IMG/VR virus record: IMGVR_UViG_3300036790_000270
Span: 32,001 to 96,000 of that record
Strand: one strand, 5' to 3'
Source: a virus
Length of the DNA stretch: 64,000 nt
Shown here piece by piece: positions 7,873-16,823 of this stretch (the stretch's first letter is position 1; every line of letters begins with the position of its first letter). Both the position numbers and the translations under genes were made by a program. The notes under the pieces were generated by a model, which made no database searches, was not told where the DNA came from, and worked only from the letters and a program-made list of their open reading frames with translations.

Positions 7873-10260
7873 ATGACGACCTACCGGCTGTTCCCGTCCA
7901 CCAGCGGGCCGTCGGCCGCCACCAGCTTCAGCGGCGCCTACGGGACCGGCACCAAGTTCCAGGTGACCGCGGGCGGCCTGTGGCTGGCCGGCTTCTGGTG
8001 GTGGGTGTGCGCAACGGGCTCGCAGTCCACCGCGGCGCAGCCGTTCTGCCTGTGGCAGGTGACTGCGTCAGCGGCAGGAATACTCCTGTCCCCGGGTGTG
8101 TCCGTCACTTCCGGCACCTTGTCCGCCGGGTGGAACTACGTCCCGCTGGCCACCCCGGTTGCCCTTACGCAGGGTGCCACTTACCAGGCGGCGACTGCGT
8201 TCAGCAACGCGTTCCCGCTGACCAACAGCCAGTACGCCACCGGTGGCGCCTACGCGGCGGGCATCGTCAACGGGCCGCTCACCGCGTTCAGCGACGGCAC
8301 CGGCACCAACCCGGACCCGTACAGCAACAGCCAGTGCGCCTACCAGACCTCAAGTACCGACCCGACGGTCACGTTCGCCACCGACGGGGACTCCGGGTTC
8401 AACGGCTGGCTGGACGTCCAGGTCACCGACCAGGCGCCCGCCGGGGCCAGCTACCGGATCTGGCCGGACTACCCGGACGTGCTGGTCGGCGTCAGCAGCG
8501 ACACCACCGGCTACATCCTGGCCACCGAGTTCTCCGTGTCGGCGGCCAGCGCGCTCGACCGGATCTGGCACTACTCGCCGTCCGGCGCCGCCTCCCTGCC
8601 GACCCGCTGCAGTATCTGGAACGTCTCCACCACGACGGAGCTCAGCGGCGCGGGTAACACCTCACCGGCGTGGCTGCTGCCCGGCGGCGCCAGTGCCTCG
8701 GCCGGCGGCGGCTGGGTCTACTGCGACTACACCTCTGCAGGGGTAACGCTGGCTGCCGGCACCAGTTACAAGGTCGCCACCTACCACGCCAGCGGCAGCG
8801 AGTGGATGGCGGTCACCCCGGACTACTGGTCAACCGGCGCCGGCACGTCCGGGATCACCAACGGCGTCATCTCCGCGCCGAACAGCGCCTCGGCCAGTCC
8901 CGGGCAGGGCTCGTACGAGACGACCTGGTCCTATCCGTCGCTGTTCATCACCGGCGGTGAGAACTACTGGGTCGACGCGGAGGTCACCCCGCTCACCGCT
9001 ACGGCCGTGCTGCCCGTCCCGCCGCTGCCCGTTCCCCCCGGGCGCCTGTCCCCGGCGGCCTTCCGCTTCTACGCCCGCCCGGTGTCAAGCCCCGCGGCGG
9101 CGGTTAACGCCGAGTCCGGCTCGCTTGCTGTCGCACTGCCCGCCCTCACCACAGCCCTGGCGGGCGCGACCGGGCACAAGGGCCCGCTTGCCGTCACGCT
9201 GCCCACCCTGACGACGTCGCTGGCGGGTACTGCCCAGCACACCGAATCAGGTTCCCTCGCTATCGCGCTGCCGACCCTGACGACGACGCTGACCGGTGCC
9301 GACGGGCATAACGGCGCACTGGCGGTCACGCTGCCCGCCGTGGCGACCAGCCTGGCCGGAACCGCGCAGCACACGGAATCCGGCTCTTTCACGGTCACGC
9401 TGCCGACGCCGGCGACCTCGCTGACCGGTGCCGACGGGCACGGCGGCGCGCTTTCCGTCGTGCTTCCCGCAATGGTGACGTCGCTGAATGCGGCGCGGGG
9501 CGGCGGCGGTGCCTTCACGATCACGCTGCCGGCTCTTGTCACCTCGCTGGCGGGTACCGCGCAGCACACCGAGTCGGGCCCGCTTGCCGTCGTGCTGCCC
9601 GCGCTAGTTAGCAGCCTGACGGGCGCGGCCGGGCACAAGGGCCCGTTCACGGTCACGCTGCCGACCCTGGCGACATTGCTGGCGGGCACGTCGCAGCACA
9701 CCGAGTCCGGGCCGTTCACGGTCACGCTGCCGGCTCTCGTCACGTCGCTGACCGGAACCAACGGGACGCCAGGCGCGGTAACCGGCGCGTTCCTGATCGA
9801 GCTGCCCCCCGGCAAGCGTGACCAGGCGGAAACCGGGCCGCTCGCGCTGCCGCTGCCGGCCCTGTCCCTGAGCCTGACCGGGGAGCACGGCCGCCAGGGC
9901 GCCCTGCAGCTGGCACTGCCGGCACTCGTCACCGGGCTGGCCGGCCACGCGCCGGTCGTGATCCCCGGGGCGTTCACCCCGTCGCTTCCCGTCCCGGTAA
10001 CCGGCCTGACCGGGAAGGTCGCGCACTGCGGCCCGCTAGGGATCTCGTTCGGGATACCCGGTGACGGCCTGACCCGCTTCCAGATGTTCGGCGCTGAGTC
10101 TCGCGGCGCCGCCGTGCTAACGCTTCCCGTGCCCCGGCTGACCATGGCCGCGCAGGTACCCGACGAGCCAGGCACCCGTTCCCATTTCCGGCTCGGCCGC
10201 TGGATTTCCGCCCGGCTGCCCCGCAAGTACAGCCAGACCGAAGAAGAGGAGACACCGTGA
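7873..10260 (+). CDS. virion fibre-like protein: two aromatic-rich beta domains plus an approximately 20-aa repeat stalk
   Basis: Duplicated GTKF/ATEF...W.DV.V domains (DUF4082-like by inspection), followed by tandem (E)SG.L.V.LP.L.TSL.G repeats at about 9110-9940. Confidence 0.6.
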   Translation: MTTYRLFPSTSGPSAATSFSGAYGTGTKFQVTAGGLWLAGFWWWVCATGSQSTAAQPFCLWQVTASAAGILLSPGVSVTSGTLSAGWNYVPLATPVALTQGATYQAATAFSNAFPLTNSQYATGGAYAAGIVNGPLTAFSDGTGTNPDPYSNSQCAYQTSSTDPTVTFATDGDSGFNGWLDVQVTDQAPAGASYRIWPDYPDVLVGVSSDTTGYILATEFSVSAASALDRIWHYSPSGAASLPTRCSIWNVSTTTELSGAGNTSPAWLLPGGASASAGGGWVYCDYTSAGVTLAAGTSYKVATYHASGSEWMAVTPDYWSTGAGTSGITNGVISAPNSASASPGQGSYETTWSYPSLFITGGENYWVDAEVTPLTATAVLPVPPLPVPPGRLSPAAFRFYARPVSSPAAAVNAESGSLAVALPALTTALAGATGHKGPLAVTLPTLTTSLAGTAQHTESGSLAIALPTLTTTLTGADGHNGALAVTLPAVATSLAGTAQHTESGSFTVTLPTPATSLTGADGHGGALSVVLPAMVTSLNAARGGGGAFTITLPALVTSLAGTAQHTESGPLAVVLPALVSSLTGAAGHKGPFTVTLPTLATLLAGTSQHTESGPFTVTLPALVTSLTGTNGTPGAVTGAFLIELPPGKRDQAETGPLALPLPALSLSLTGEHGRQGALQLALPALVTGLAGHAPVVIPGAFTPSLPVPVTGLTGKVAHCGPLGISFGIPGDGLTRFQMFGAESRGAAVLTLPVPRLTMAAQVPDEPGTRSHFRLGRWISARLPRKYSQTEEEETP

Positions 10261-11291
10261 GCGCCCAGGTGTATTACGATTCGCCGACTGAGGCGTCTGC
10301 GATCGTCCCGGTCACCTTTACCGCTGCAACGGGCGTCGTCACCGACCCGAGCTCGATTAGCTGCGTCGTCGTCGACCCGACCGGCGCGCAGGTCACCTAC
10401 ACCTACGGCGCGTCGGGCCCGGACAACACGATCACCCGCACCGCGTCGGGAAACTACGCGCTGAACCTCACCGGGATCGACCTGGCGGGGCTGTACACGA
10501 CGATCTGGGTCGGCACCGGCAACGGCGTCCAGCAGACGAGCCCGTACACGGTGCGCATCGTCCCGCTGTCTGCCGTCGGTACCGGGATGCAGTACTGGTA
10601 CACCGGCCGGGAAGAACTCAAGTCCCGGCTGAACATCACCGACAGCAACTCGGACTACGAGATCCAGATTGCCATCCAGGCGGTCACTAACTGGATAAAC
10701 TCGTACGCCGGCCGTCACTTCTACCAGCTCACCGAGACGCGGACGTACTGCCCGACGAATATCTGGGAGCTGGCAGTCGACGATATCGTGTCGACGCCCG
10801 CTGTCGCCGCGGCCACCCAGGTCAACCTGGATTATGACGGCGACGGCATCTACGAGGTCAACTGGGGAAACCCGGCGCCCCCGGTCGGCACCGGCCTCAA
10901 CTACGTACTGAAGCTGGGCACCCCGGGCAATTACGAGGACAACTACAACGTCAACTCAGCTGGCGTCCCCCGGCCGTACACCCAGCTGCAGGCCCTCATG
11001 AGCGGGCAGGGCGAGGACCCCGCAGGCGGCGGCTGGCTGCCCTTTATCTGGCCCTACACCCACCTTAACCGGGTGCAGGTCATCGCCACCTGGGGCTGGC
11101 CCGTTATCCCGCCGAGCGTCGCCCAGGCCTCGTTGCTGCTGTGCACCGACGTCTTCAAGTCAAAAGACGCGCCCTGGGGTATTGCCGGGACAGCCGAAAC
11201 CGGGCTGATGCGCGTGCAAAGTAACCCGTGGGCAGTCGAATTCCTGCACGATTTCATCAACACGCGCAGGAAGGTGGGAGTTTTATACTAA
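10257..11291 (+). CDS. head-tail adaptor-like protein with N-terminal extension
   Basis: YTGREELKSRL...INSYAGRHF...VQVIATWGWP.IP..V.QASLL, an actinophage adaptor pattern. Confidence 0.7.
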   Translation: MSAQVYYDSPTEASAIVPVTFTAATGVVTDPSSISCVVVDPTGAQVTYTYGASGPDNTITRTASGNYALNLTGIDLAGLYTTIWVGTGNGVQQTSPYTVRIVPLSAVGTGMQYWYTGREELKSRLNITDSNSDYEIQIAIQAVTNWINSYAGRHFYQLTETRTYCPTNIWELAVDDIVSTPAVAAATQVNLDYDGDGIYEVNWGNPAPPVGTGLNYVLKLGTPGNYEDNYNVNSAGVPRPYTQLQALMSGQGEDPAGGGWLPFIWPYTHLNRVQVIATWGWPVIPPSVAQASLLLCTDVFKSKDAPWGIAGTAETGLMRVQSNPWAVEFLHDFINTRRKVGVLY

Positions 11292-11340
11292 GGCTTTTCG
11301 TATGCTGTTCTCATGCGCGAGGTTCAGTTGCACGGGAAGG

Positions 11341-11394
11341 TGCGGTCCCGGCGTGCATCCTTTGGGTTACGTCCGTGGGGTGGCCGGGACCGCA
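11341..11394 (-). ncRNA. solo TIGR-like unit closed by a perfect 12-bp stem
   Basis: On +: tgcggtcccggc-g-tgcatcctt-tgggttacg-tccgtgggg-tg-gccgggaccgca. Confidence 0.7.
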
Positions 11395-11442
11395 GCCTGT
11401 ACAGCACCGGGCTTCCGTGTTTTAGTCCCGTAAGGTGAGGTC

Positions 11443-12453
11443 ATGGCGCCGAAGGCTAAGGTCACCGCGGTCTCGTCGAAGACCACGTCCACGGCGGCCA
11501 GCGGGCTGCAGCTGTCGGCCGCGCAGTGGAAGGTGTACAGCTCTGTTTACACCGCTACCCAGCGCAGGCTGGCGATCGCCGCTGCCGCCAAGTCGCTGCG
11601 CAAGTCCCGGCTGAGCGCCGCCTACGCGACGCAGAAGAAGGCCGCGGTGGCGCGCTCGGTTGCCTCGGCGGCGGCGATCGCCGCGAACGCGACCCGGGTG
11701 TCCTACCGGAACTCGGTGCTGGCGCACCAGAACACCGCGCTGAAGAACCGGGTGTACGCGGACATGGCGCAGCACATGACGATCGCCGGGCGCGCCCAGT
11801 ACATCGCCGGCGGCGAGAAGTCCTACGCGCAGGCCGCCGTCTTGCGGACGCTCACCACCGCGCAGGCCACCACCATCGAGGCGGCCACGTTCGCGAAGGC
11901 CGTCAAGACGGCGAAGGTAGCGGCCAGCGGCGCGAAGGTAACCGTGGCGGGCGCTGCGATAGCGAAGGCAGCCAAGGCCGCCGCGACCGCTGCCGCGAAA
12001 GCCTCCCCGGCCGGCCGTACCGCGCCCCGCCCCGCTCACCTGATGCTGCCGCTGTTCCGCGAGCCGTTCGGCGACCCCGAGGGCTACGACTGCGTCGCGG
12101 CGGCGATCGCCACCCACCTTGACTTCCGCACGGCCTACCGGATGACGCCGCAGGAGTACGGCACGCTGACCGCCCGGCTCGGGGACGGGCCGGCCCTGGA
12201 GGACGCGCTGAATGTCGTAGCCGGGGACGGCCTCAGCGGCTCCTACCGCCTCAGCAGCTTCGGCCTGACGGAGCCGCGGGCGGGCACGCGCCTGGTCGCC
12301 GGCTTTGCCACGGCTAACGGGCCGCACGCTGCGCTGCTGCTGTCAGACCTGCTGGTCTTCAGCTGGGGTGAGGTGCTGAGGCTGCAGGACGTGATGCTCC
12401 CGGGAACCGCGATCGAGGAGGCCTGGGACCTGACCTGGGAGCCGCTAGGCTGA
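11443..12453 (+). CDS. Ala/Lys-rich protein with a possible C-terminal cysteine-peptidase-like domain
   Basis: Basic helical N-terminus. C-terminal YDCVAAAIA...GPHAALL...FSWG. Confidence 0.5.
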   Translation: MAPKAKVTAVSSKTTSTAASGLQLSAAQWKVYSSVYTATQRRLAIAAAAKSLRKSRLSAAYATQKKAAVARSVASAAAIAANATRVSYRNSVLAHQNTALKNRVYADMAQHMTIAGRAQYIAGGEKSYAQAAVLRTLTTAQATTIEAATFAKAVKTAKVAASGAKVTVAGAAIAKAAKAAATAAAKASPAGRTAPRPAHLMLPLFREPFGDPEGYDCVAAAIATHLDFRTAYRMTPQEYGTLTARLGDGPALEDALNVVAGDGLSGSYRLSSFGLTEPRAGTRLVAGFATANGPHAALLLSDLLVFSWGEVLRLQDVMLPGTAIEEAWDLTWEPLG

Positions 12454-12523
12454 GCTACATGGGAAGTTCCGGGAACAAGAAGCCATTCGACGCCGCTGCC
12501 GCCCGCGATCTCGACGAGACCCG

Positions 12524-12997
12524 GTGAACCTGACGGTTATCAGGGCCGCGCTCGCCGCGCAGGTCAACGCGGTAGCCTCGCCCGCGCTGCGCATGCTGCC
12601 CGAGCCCGAGGACCAGATCAACCCGCCCGTCGGGATCGTCATGCCGGGGCGCCCGTACGTTGACTACGCCACCACGCTGCAGGGCGAAACGGGGTTCGGG
12701 CCGGTTCTCGGCGGTACCGCGACCCCGCTGTCGGAGACGAACTTCAACCTGGACATCCTGGTCCTGATCTCGCACGCCTCCACCCTGGAGCGGATCGAGC
12801 AGAACCTGGACGCGTGGCTCGGCCTGGAGAACGACGGCACGGCCGTGTCAGTTGCCGCCGCGGTCTTGTCTGACATCACCCTCGGCGGTACCGTCCGCTG
12901 GTGCATCCCGACGACCGCTGACGCACCGGGTCCCCTTGCCTGGAGCGGCCCCGAGGCATTCGGCAGCCGCGTCCACCTGCAGTTGTCCGCCTTGTGA
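12524..12997 (+). CDS. tail terminator/completion-like protein
   Basis: Size and position before the tail tube gene; IRAALAA...PPVGIV...D.TLGGTV pattern. Confidence 0.6.
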   Translation: MNLTVIRAALAAQVNAVASPALRMLPEPEDQINPPVGIVMPGRPYVDYATTLQGETGFGPVLGGTATPLSETNFNLDILVLISHASTLERIEQNLDAWLGLENDGTAVSVAAAVLSDITLGGTVRWCIPTTADAPGPLAWSGPEAFGSRVHLQLSAL

Positions 12998-13290
12998 TGG
13001 CGCACGCTTACCTGTCGACCGCCTGCTATCACAGCAAGCACGGCGTCTTGTGCCGCCAGACGTGCAAGTACTGTGACGCGCCCTGCTCGTGCACCTGCCA
13101 CCGGGGCATTCTCCCGGTACCGTGGGTCGATCAGGCGCGAGCCGTTGCTGCGGAGCTGTTCAGCGCGATTTACCCGGCTGACGTGCCCGATGCCCTAGCG
13201 CAGCGAATCGAGACTGACCCGGCCTTGTTCTGGCTGCGCGGCGAGATAGCACCGGACGGGCAATGGCACGAACCTGGGGACGAGGGTTAG
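12997..13290 (+). CDS. Cys/His-rich hypothetical protein
   Basis: YLSTACYH..H..CRQTCKYCDAPCSCTCH. Confidence 0.55.
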   Translation: MAHAYLSTACYHSKHGVLCRQTCKYCDAPCSCTCHRGILPVPWVDQARAVAAELFSAIYPADVPDALAQRIETDPALFWLRGEIAPDGQWHEPGDEG

Positions 13291-14363
13291 TGGCGCGCAT
13301 CCTGCTGGTGCAACCGGGCCCGGACTTCTCCGTTGCCGACGTTTACCGCGGCTGGCAGAAGGCGCTGACCGCGCTCGGTCACACGGTGATGGCGTACAAC
13401 ACCAGCGACCGGCTGACCTTCTACGGCCGCACCCGGATGCCCGAGCACGACAAGCCCGCCTGCGAGCACTGCGGTGAGGTGCCGACCAGGCAGGCGGTGC
13501 CCGACAGCAACGGCATCCTGGCCCTCGGCATGGACGGGCTGTACGCCACCCTCAACAAGTTCTGGCCGGACATCGTGTTCTTCATCTCGGGTTTCTACCT
13601 GACCCCGGCGATTCTCCAGTTCATCCGCACCCGGCGGCACAAGATCGTCTTCCTGCACACTGAGTCGCCGTACCAGGACGAGGAACAGCTGCAGCGCGGT
13701 GAGTTCGCGGACCTGAACCTGCTGAACGACCCCGCGAACATCAGCGCGTGGAAAGACCTGGACGTCCCCGTCGCGTACATGCCGCACGCCTACGACCCGG
13801 GCATTCACTACCCGGCCAGCCCGCGTAACTATGAGGCTGACTTCGCGTTCGTCGGCACCGGGTTCCGCTCGCGCCAGGAGTTCTTCCACCAGATGGACCT
13901 GGACGGGCTCAGCGTCGTCCTCGGCGGCAACTGGGCGAACACCGAGCCGGAGTACCGCCACCTGCTGAAGTACCTTGGCCACCCGCTGGAAGCCTGCGTC
14001 GGCAACGAGGAAACCGCCCGCGTCTACCGGCTCGCTAAGGCCGGCATCAACTTCTACCGGCGGGAATCAGAGGACGCGCACGCTGGCGAAGGCTGGGCGA
14101 TGGGGCCACGGGAAGTGGAGATGGCCGCCTGCGGCTTGTTCTTCCTGCGTGACCCGCGGCCGGAGTCCGACGAGGTTTTCGGCCGGTGCCTGCCCGCGTT
14201 CGGCTCAGCTGACGAGGCATCTCAGGAACTCCGTTACTGGACGGGTAACGACGCCCTGCGCGAGCGCTATGCGGCGCAGGCACGCGAGCGGATCGTAAGC
14301 CGCACGTTCAGCAACAATGCCAGGGCGGCACTCAACCTGATGGAAGAGGCGGGAATACTGTGA
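13290..14363 (+). CDS. GT-B glycosyltransferase (CgeB-like)
   Basis: GTG at 13290. Motifs TESPY, YMPHAYDP..H, DFAFVGT, KAGINF, R..EMAACG.F.L. Confidence 0.85.
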   Translation: MARILLVQPGPDFSVADVYRGWQKALTALGHTVMAYNTSDRLTFYGRTRMPEHDKPACEHCGEVPTRQAVPDSNGILALGMDGLYATLNKFWPDIVFFISGFYLTPAILQFIRTRRHKIVFLHTESPYQDEEQLQRGEFADLNLLNDPANISAWKDLDVPVAYMPHAYDPGIHYPASPRNYEADFAFVGTGFRSRQEFFHQMDLDGLSVVLGGNWANTEPEYRHLLKYLGHPLEACVGNEETARVYRLAKAGINFYRRESEDAHAGEGWAMGPREVEMAACGLFFLRDPRPESDEVFGRCLPAFGSADEASQELRYWTGNDALRERYAAQARERIVSRTFSNNARAALNLMEEAGIL

Positions 14364-14682
14364 GCGACAGCTGGATGTGCGGGTACCGGTGGCAGGACGG
14401 GGATAACACCGAGCTGCACGAGACGCATGTCTGCGGCCTGCTGACCAACGGCGGCCAGCACACGCACGACTGCATTGTCTCGGTGTGCCGGGGGACGCAG
14501 TGATCTGCCAGCCGTGCCGGGACAACGCCCACGACGTGTGCCCCGAAGTAGCGCGCCGGGAGCACCGGGCTGACCTGAACGCCATTGAGCTTAAGGGCGG
14601 CCCGTGGTGTGACTGCCAGCACAAGCCGCGGGCTGAAGTGCAGCGCCGCATGTAGCCCTATCCCGGCAGGCAGAGCGCCGCT

Positions 14683-14731
14683 TACACTAGATAAGTAGAG
14701 CCGAGGCCACGTGTTACCACGTCGGAGCCGG
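14683..14731 (+). promoter_or_regulatory. putative late promoter -10 plus leader RNA motif, copy 3
   Basis: TACACT (14683-14688), then CCG-A-GGCC-ACGTGTTACCACGTC-GGAGC-CGG. Confidence 0.55.
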
Positions 14732-14763
14732 ACCCGTTCCTTTTTTCGGAAAAGGGGTCTGAC

Positions 14764-15216
14764 GTGGGAAGAATCCACGGTCGCAACGGCATGGTCTATA
14801 TGGCCCTGCTCGCTCAGGGCACCGCGCAGCCACTCGCTTACGTCAGTGACTGGACCATGAACTTCACCGTGGCGAAGGTGGACGTCACTGCCCTCGGCGA
14901 CGCCAACCTCGTCTGGGTAGCCGGCCTGCCCGACGCCTCCGGTGACTTCACCGGTTTCTTCGACACGGCGACTTCGCAGACCTACCAGTCCGCGGTTGAC
15001 GGCCAGCCTCGTAACTTCTACCTGTACCCGACGCTCGTCGCGGTCAACGGCGGCCCCGGAAACGCGACCGTCAACGTCGGCCAGTACTTCTTCGGCACGA
15101 TCCTCCCCGACTTCAGTTCCGCTGGCGGAGTTGCCGCCGCGGTCACCATGAAGTCAACCTGGAACGCTGCCTCCCAGGTGCAGCGGTACCCGAGCACGGG
15201 CGTTCCCGGAACCTGA
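14764..15216 (+). CDS. major tail (tube) protein
   Basis: RIHGRNG, WTMNFTVAKVDVTALGD...VAGLPDASG. Located before the chaperone and tape measure genes. Confidence 0.75.
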   Translation: MGRIHGRNGMVYMALLAQGTAQPLAYVSDWTMNFTVAKVDVTALGDANLVWVAGLPDASGDFTGFFDTATSQTYQSAVDGQPRNFYLYPTLVAVNGGPGNATVNVGQYFFGTILPDFSSAGGVAAAVTMKSTWNAASQVQRYPSTGVPGT

Positions 15217-15228
15217 TCCTGACGTGGC

Positions 15229-15262
15229 GACGGCCCTTTCCCCGGACAGGAAAAGGGCCGTC
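15229..15262. terminator. strong hairpin after the tail tube gene (putative terminator/attenuator)
   Basis: GACGGCCCTTTC...GAAAAGGGCCGTC imperfect inverted repeat. No U-tract. Confidence 0.45.
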
Positions 15263-15263
15263 T

Positions 15264-15310
15264 CCGGATGGCGTTGGAACGCTGGGTTTCGTGTGCTCTT
15301 TGGCCTCCGG
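15264..15310 (-). ncRNA. solo TIGR-like unit
   Basis: On +: ccggatggc-g-ttggaacgc-tgggtttcg-tgtgctctt-tg-gcctccgg (bulged stem). Confidence 0.65.
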
Positions 15311-15325
15311 TGAAACTCACCCTAT

Positions 15326-15823
15326 ATGAGCGAACCGGAGAATTCAGTGCCCCCTCGCAAGACCCGTACCGTCGCGCCGCGCCCCGTTCAGGACGTCCCG
15401 CTGGAGGGCGAGGAGCCGGTCAAGGTGGACGGCCGGACCAGTGCCGCCCGGCAGGCCCGCCGCCTGCAGATGGCGACCGCGGAGGAAAAGGTGCGGCTGC
15501 CCGAGGAGGAGCGCGCCGTTGAGGTGACCGACGGGCAGCTGGTCGCGCCGATCAAGGAGAAGTACTTCCGGCTGCAGGAGTCCCTCGGCCTGATGCCGCT
15601 GATGGAGTGGGCGGCGGCGCAGGACGACCTGGACGCCGACAACCAGGTGCAGCTGGCCGGCCTGTTCCGGTTGCTGAAGGACCTGGTCGCGCCGGAGGAG
15701 TGGGCGGAGTTCCGCAGCTTCACCCGGGAAGCCAAGTGCATCGATGAGGACTTCATCGGCTTCGTCAACGCCGGGATGGAAGCGATGGCGGCCCGCCCTA
15801 CCGGGGAGCCCGCAGCCTCCTGA
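15326..15823 (+). CDS. tail assembly chaperone (G-like)
   Basis: Lies between the tail tube and tape measure genes. Acidic, ends ...ARPTGEPAAS. Confidence 0.7.
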   Translation: MSEPENSVPPRKTRTVAPRPVQDVPLEGEEPVKVDGRTSAARQARRLQMATAEEKVRLPEEERAVEVTDGQLVAPIKEKYFRLQESLGLMPLMEWAAAQDDLDADNQVQLAGLFRLLKDLVAPEEWAEFRSFTREAKCIDEDFIGFVNAGMEAMAARPTGEPAAS

Positions 15824-16272
15824 AGTGGCTGCTGGCGAACTTCGCCAAGGTAAACGGTGACTTCCTGCGCGCTCACGGGCACGGCGTCGAGATGCTGTCG
15901 GCCCGTGAGCTGTGCGACGTCGCCTACGCCGCGATCATCGCGGACATGGAGCGTCACCATTACGCCCTGGTGGCTGCCGGGGCGCAGTGGAAGGACAGCC
16001 GGGACCCGCTCGGGGACGACATCGCCCGGTTCGAGGAGCGCATCGGGCTGCGGGACAACCCGGAGGCCCTCGCCCTCGCCCTGCACAAGCAGTTCCTCGC
16101 CGACCAGGGCAAGGAATGGGATGACACGCCTGTCGGCGCCGGGAACGGCGAGTGGTGGGACCAGGACGCCGAGTTCACTGACATGCGTGACCTGGACGCC
16201 GAGGCGAAGCGGCGCGCTGCGGCAGCGAAGAACTACGGGCTGTTCGCCAAGGACCGGAAGGGTAAAAAGTAG
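15796..16272 (+). CDS. tail assembly chaperone second frame (GT-like, probably reached by a -1 frameshift)
   Basis: The frame of ORF 15892-16272 is open back to 15748 and is -1 relative to 15326-15823. It reads PYRGARSLLKWLL... across the first stop. The start shown is the inferred shift site. Confidence 0.55.
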   Translation, partial: PYRGARSLLKWLLANFAKVNGDFLRAHGHGVEMLSARELCDVAYAAIIADMERHHYALVAAGAQWKDSRDPLGDDIARFEERIGLRDNPEALALALHKQFLADQGKEWDDTPVGAGNGEWWDQDAEFTDMRDLDAEAKRRAAAAKNYGLFAKDRKGKK

Positions 16273-16274
16273 TC

Positions 16275-16673
16275 ATGGCAGAGGTGAACCTGGACGCGGT
16301 GGCGATGGACTGGCTGCTGAACGACCCGGCCGGGCCGGTCGGCGTGCTGATCGCGGACATGTCGGAGAAGGCAGCCGCGATTGCCCGGACCGCTGCACCC
16401 GTCATGGTGACCGGCTCGCGCTGGCCGCCGAGCAACTTCTCGCACTGGGGGAAGGCTTTCAACCCGCGCTTCCAGTACGGTGACACGGGCCCGGGTGACA
16501 CGCGGGCGAGTGTGCGGTGGTCCGGGTTCCTGTACAACGGTCTCGGCCAGATGTACTCCGGGGTGAACGTCAACTACGGGCCGACGCTGTACCTGCAGCA
16601 GGGCGGCGGCCGGCACGGGCACGCGATCCGGCACCCGTTCATGACCACGGCGCTGGATACGGTGCAGCTGTGA
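16275..16673 (+). CDS. neck protein (HK97 gp10-like)
   Basis: LLNDP.GPVG...ARTAAPV...HPFMTTAL pattern. Confidence 0.55.
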   Translation: MAEVNLDAVAMDWLLNDPAGPVGVLIADMSEKAAAIARTAAPVMVTGSRWPPSNFSHWGKAFNPRFQYGDTGPGDTRASVRWSGFLYNGLGQMYSGVNVNYGPTLYLQQGGGRHGHAIRHPFMTTALDTVQL

Positions 16674-16676
16674 GCA

Positions 16677-16724
16677 CTGCCGGGCGTAGGTCGTATGGGT
16701 TCCGTAACTGCATTGGCCCGGCAG
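16677..16724 (-). ncRNA. solo TIGR-like unit closed by a perfect 9-bp stem
   Basis: On +: ctgccgggc-g-taggtcgta-tgggttccg-taactgcat-tg-gcccggcag. Confidence 0.7.
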
Positions 16725-16749
16725 CTACGCAGTAGAGCGCCCGTCCCCG

Positions 16750-16792
16750 TAGGGTTATTCCGAATGCCGCGGCCTGAACTCCGGGAGCCGGC
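16750..16792 (+). promoter_or_regulatory. putative late promoter -10 plus leader RNA motif, copy 4
   Basis: TAGGGT (16750-16755), then GCCG-C-GGCC-TGAACTCCG-GGAGC-CGGC, ahead of the tape measure RBS (AGAGGAG). Confidence 0.6.
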
Positions 16793-16823
16793 CTGATCCC
16801 CGCTCCAGAGGAGATGGCGACCG

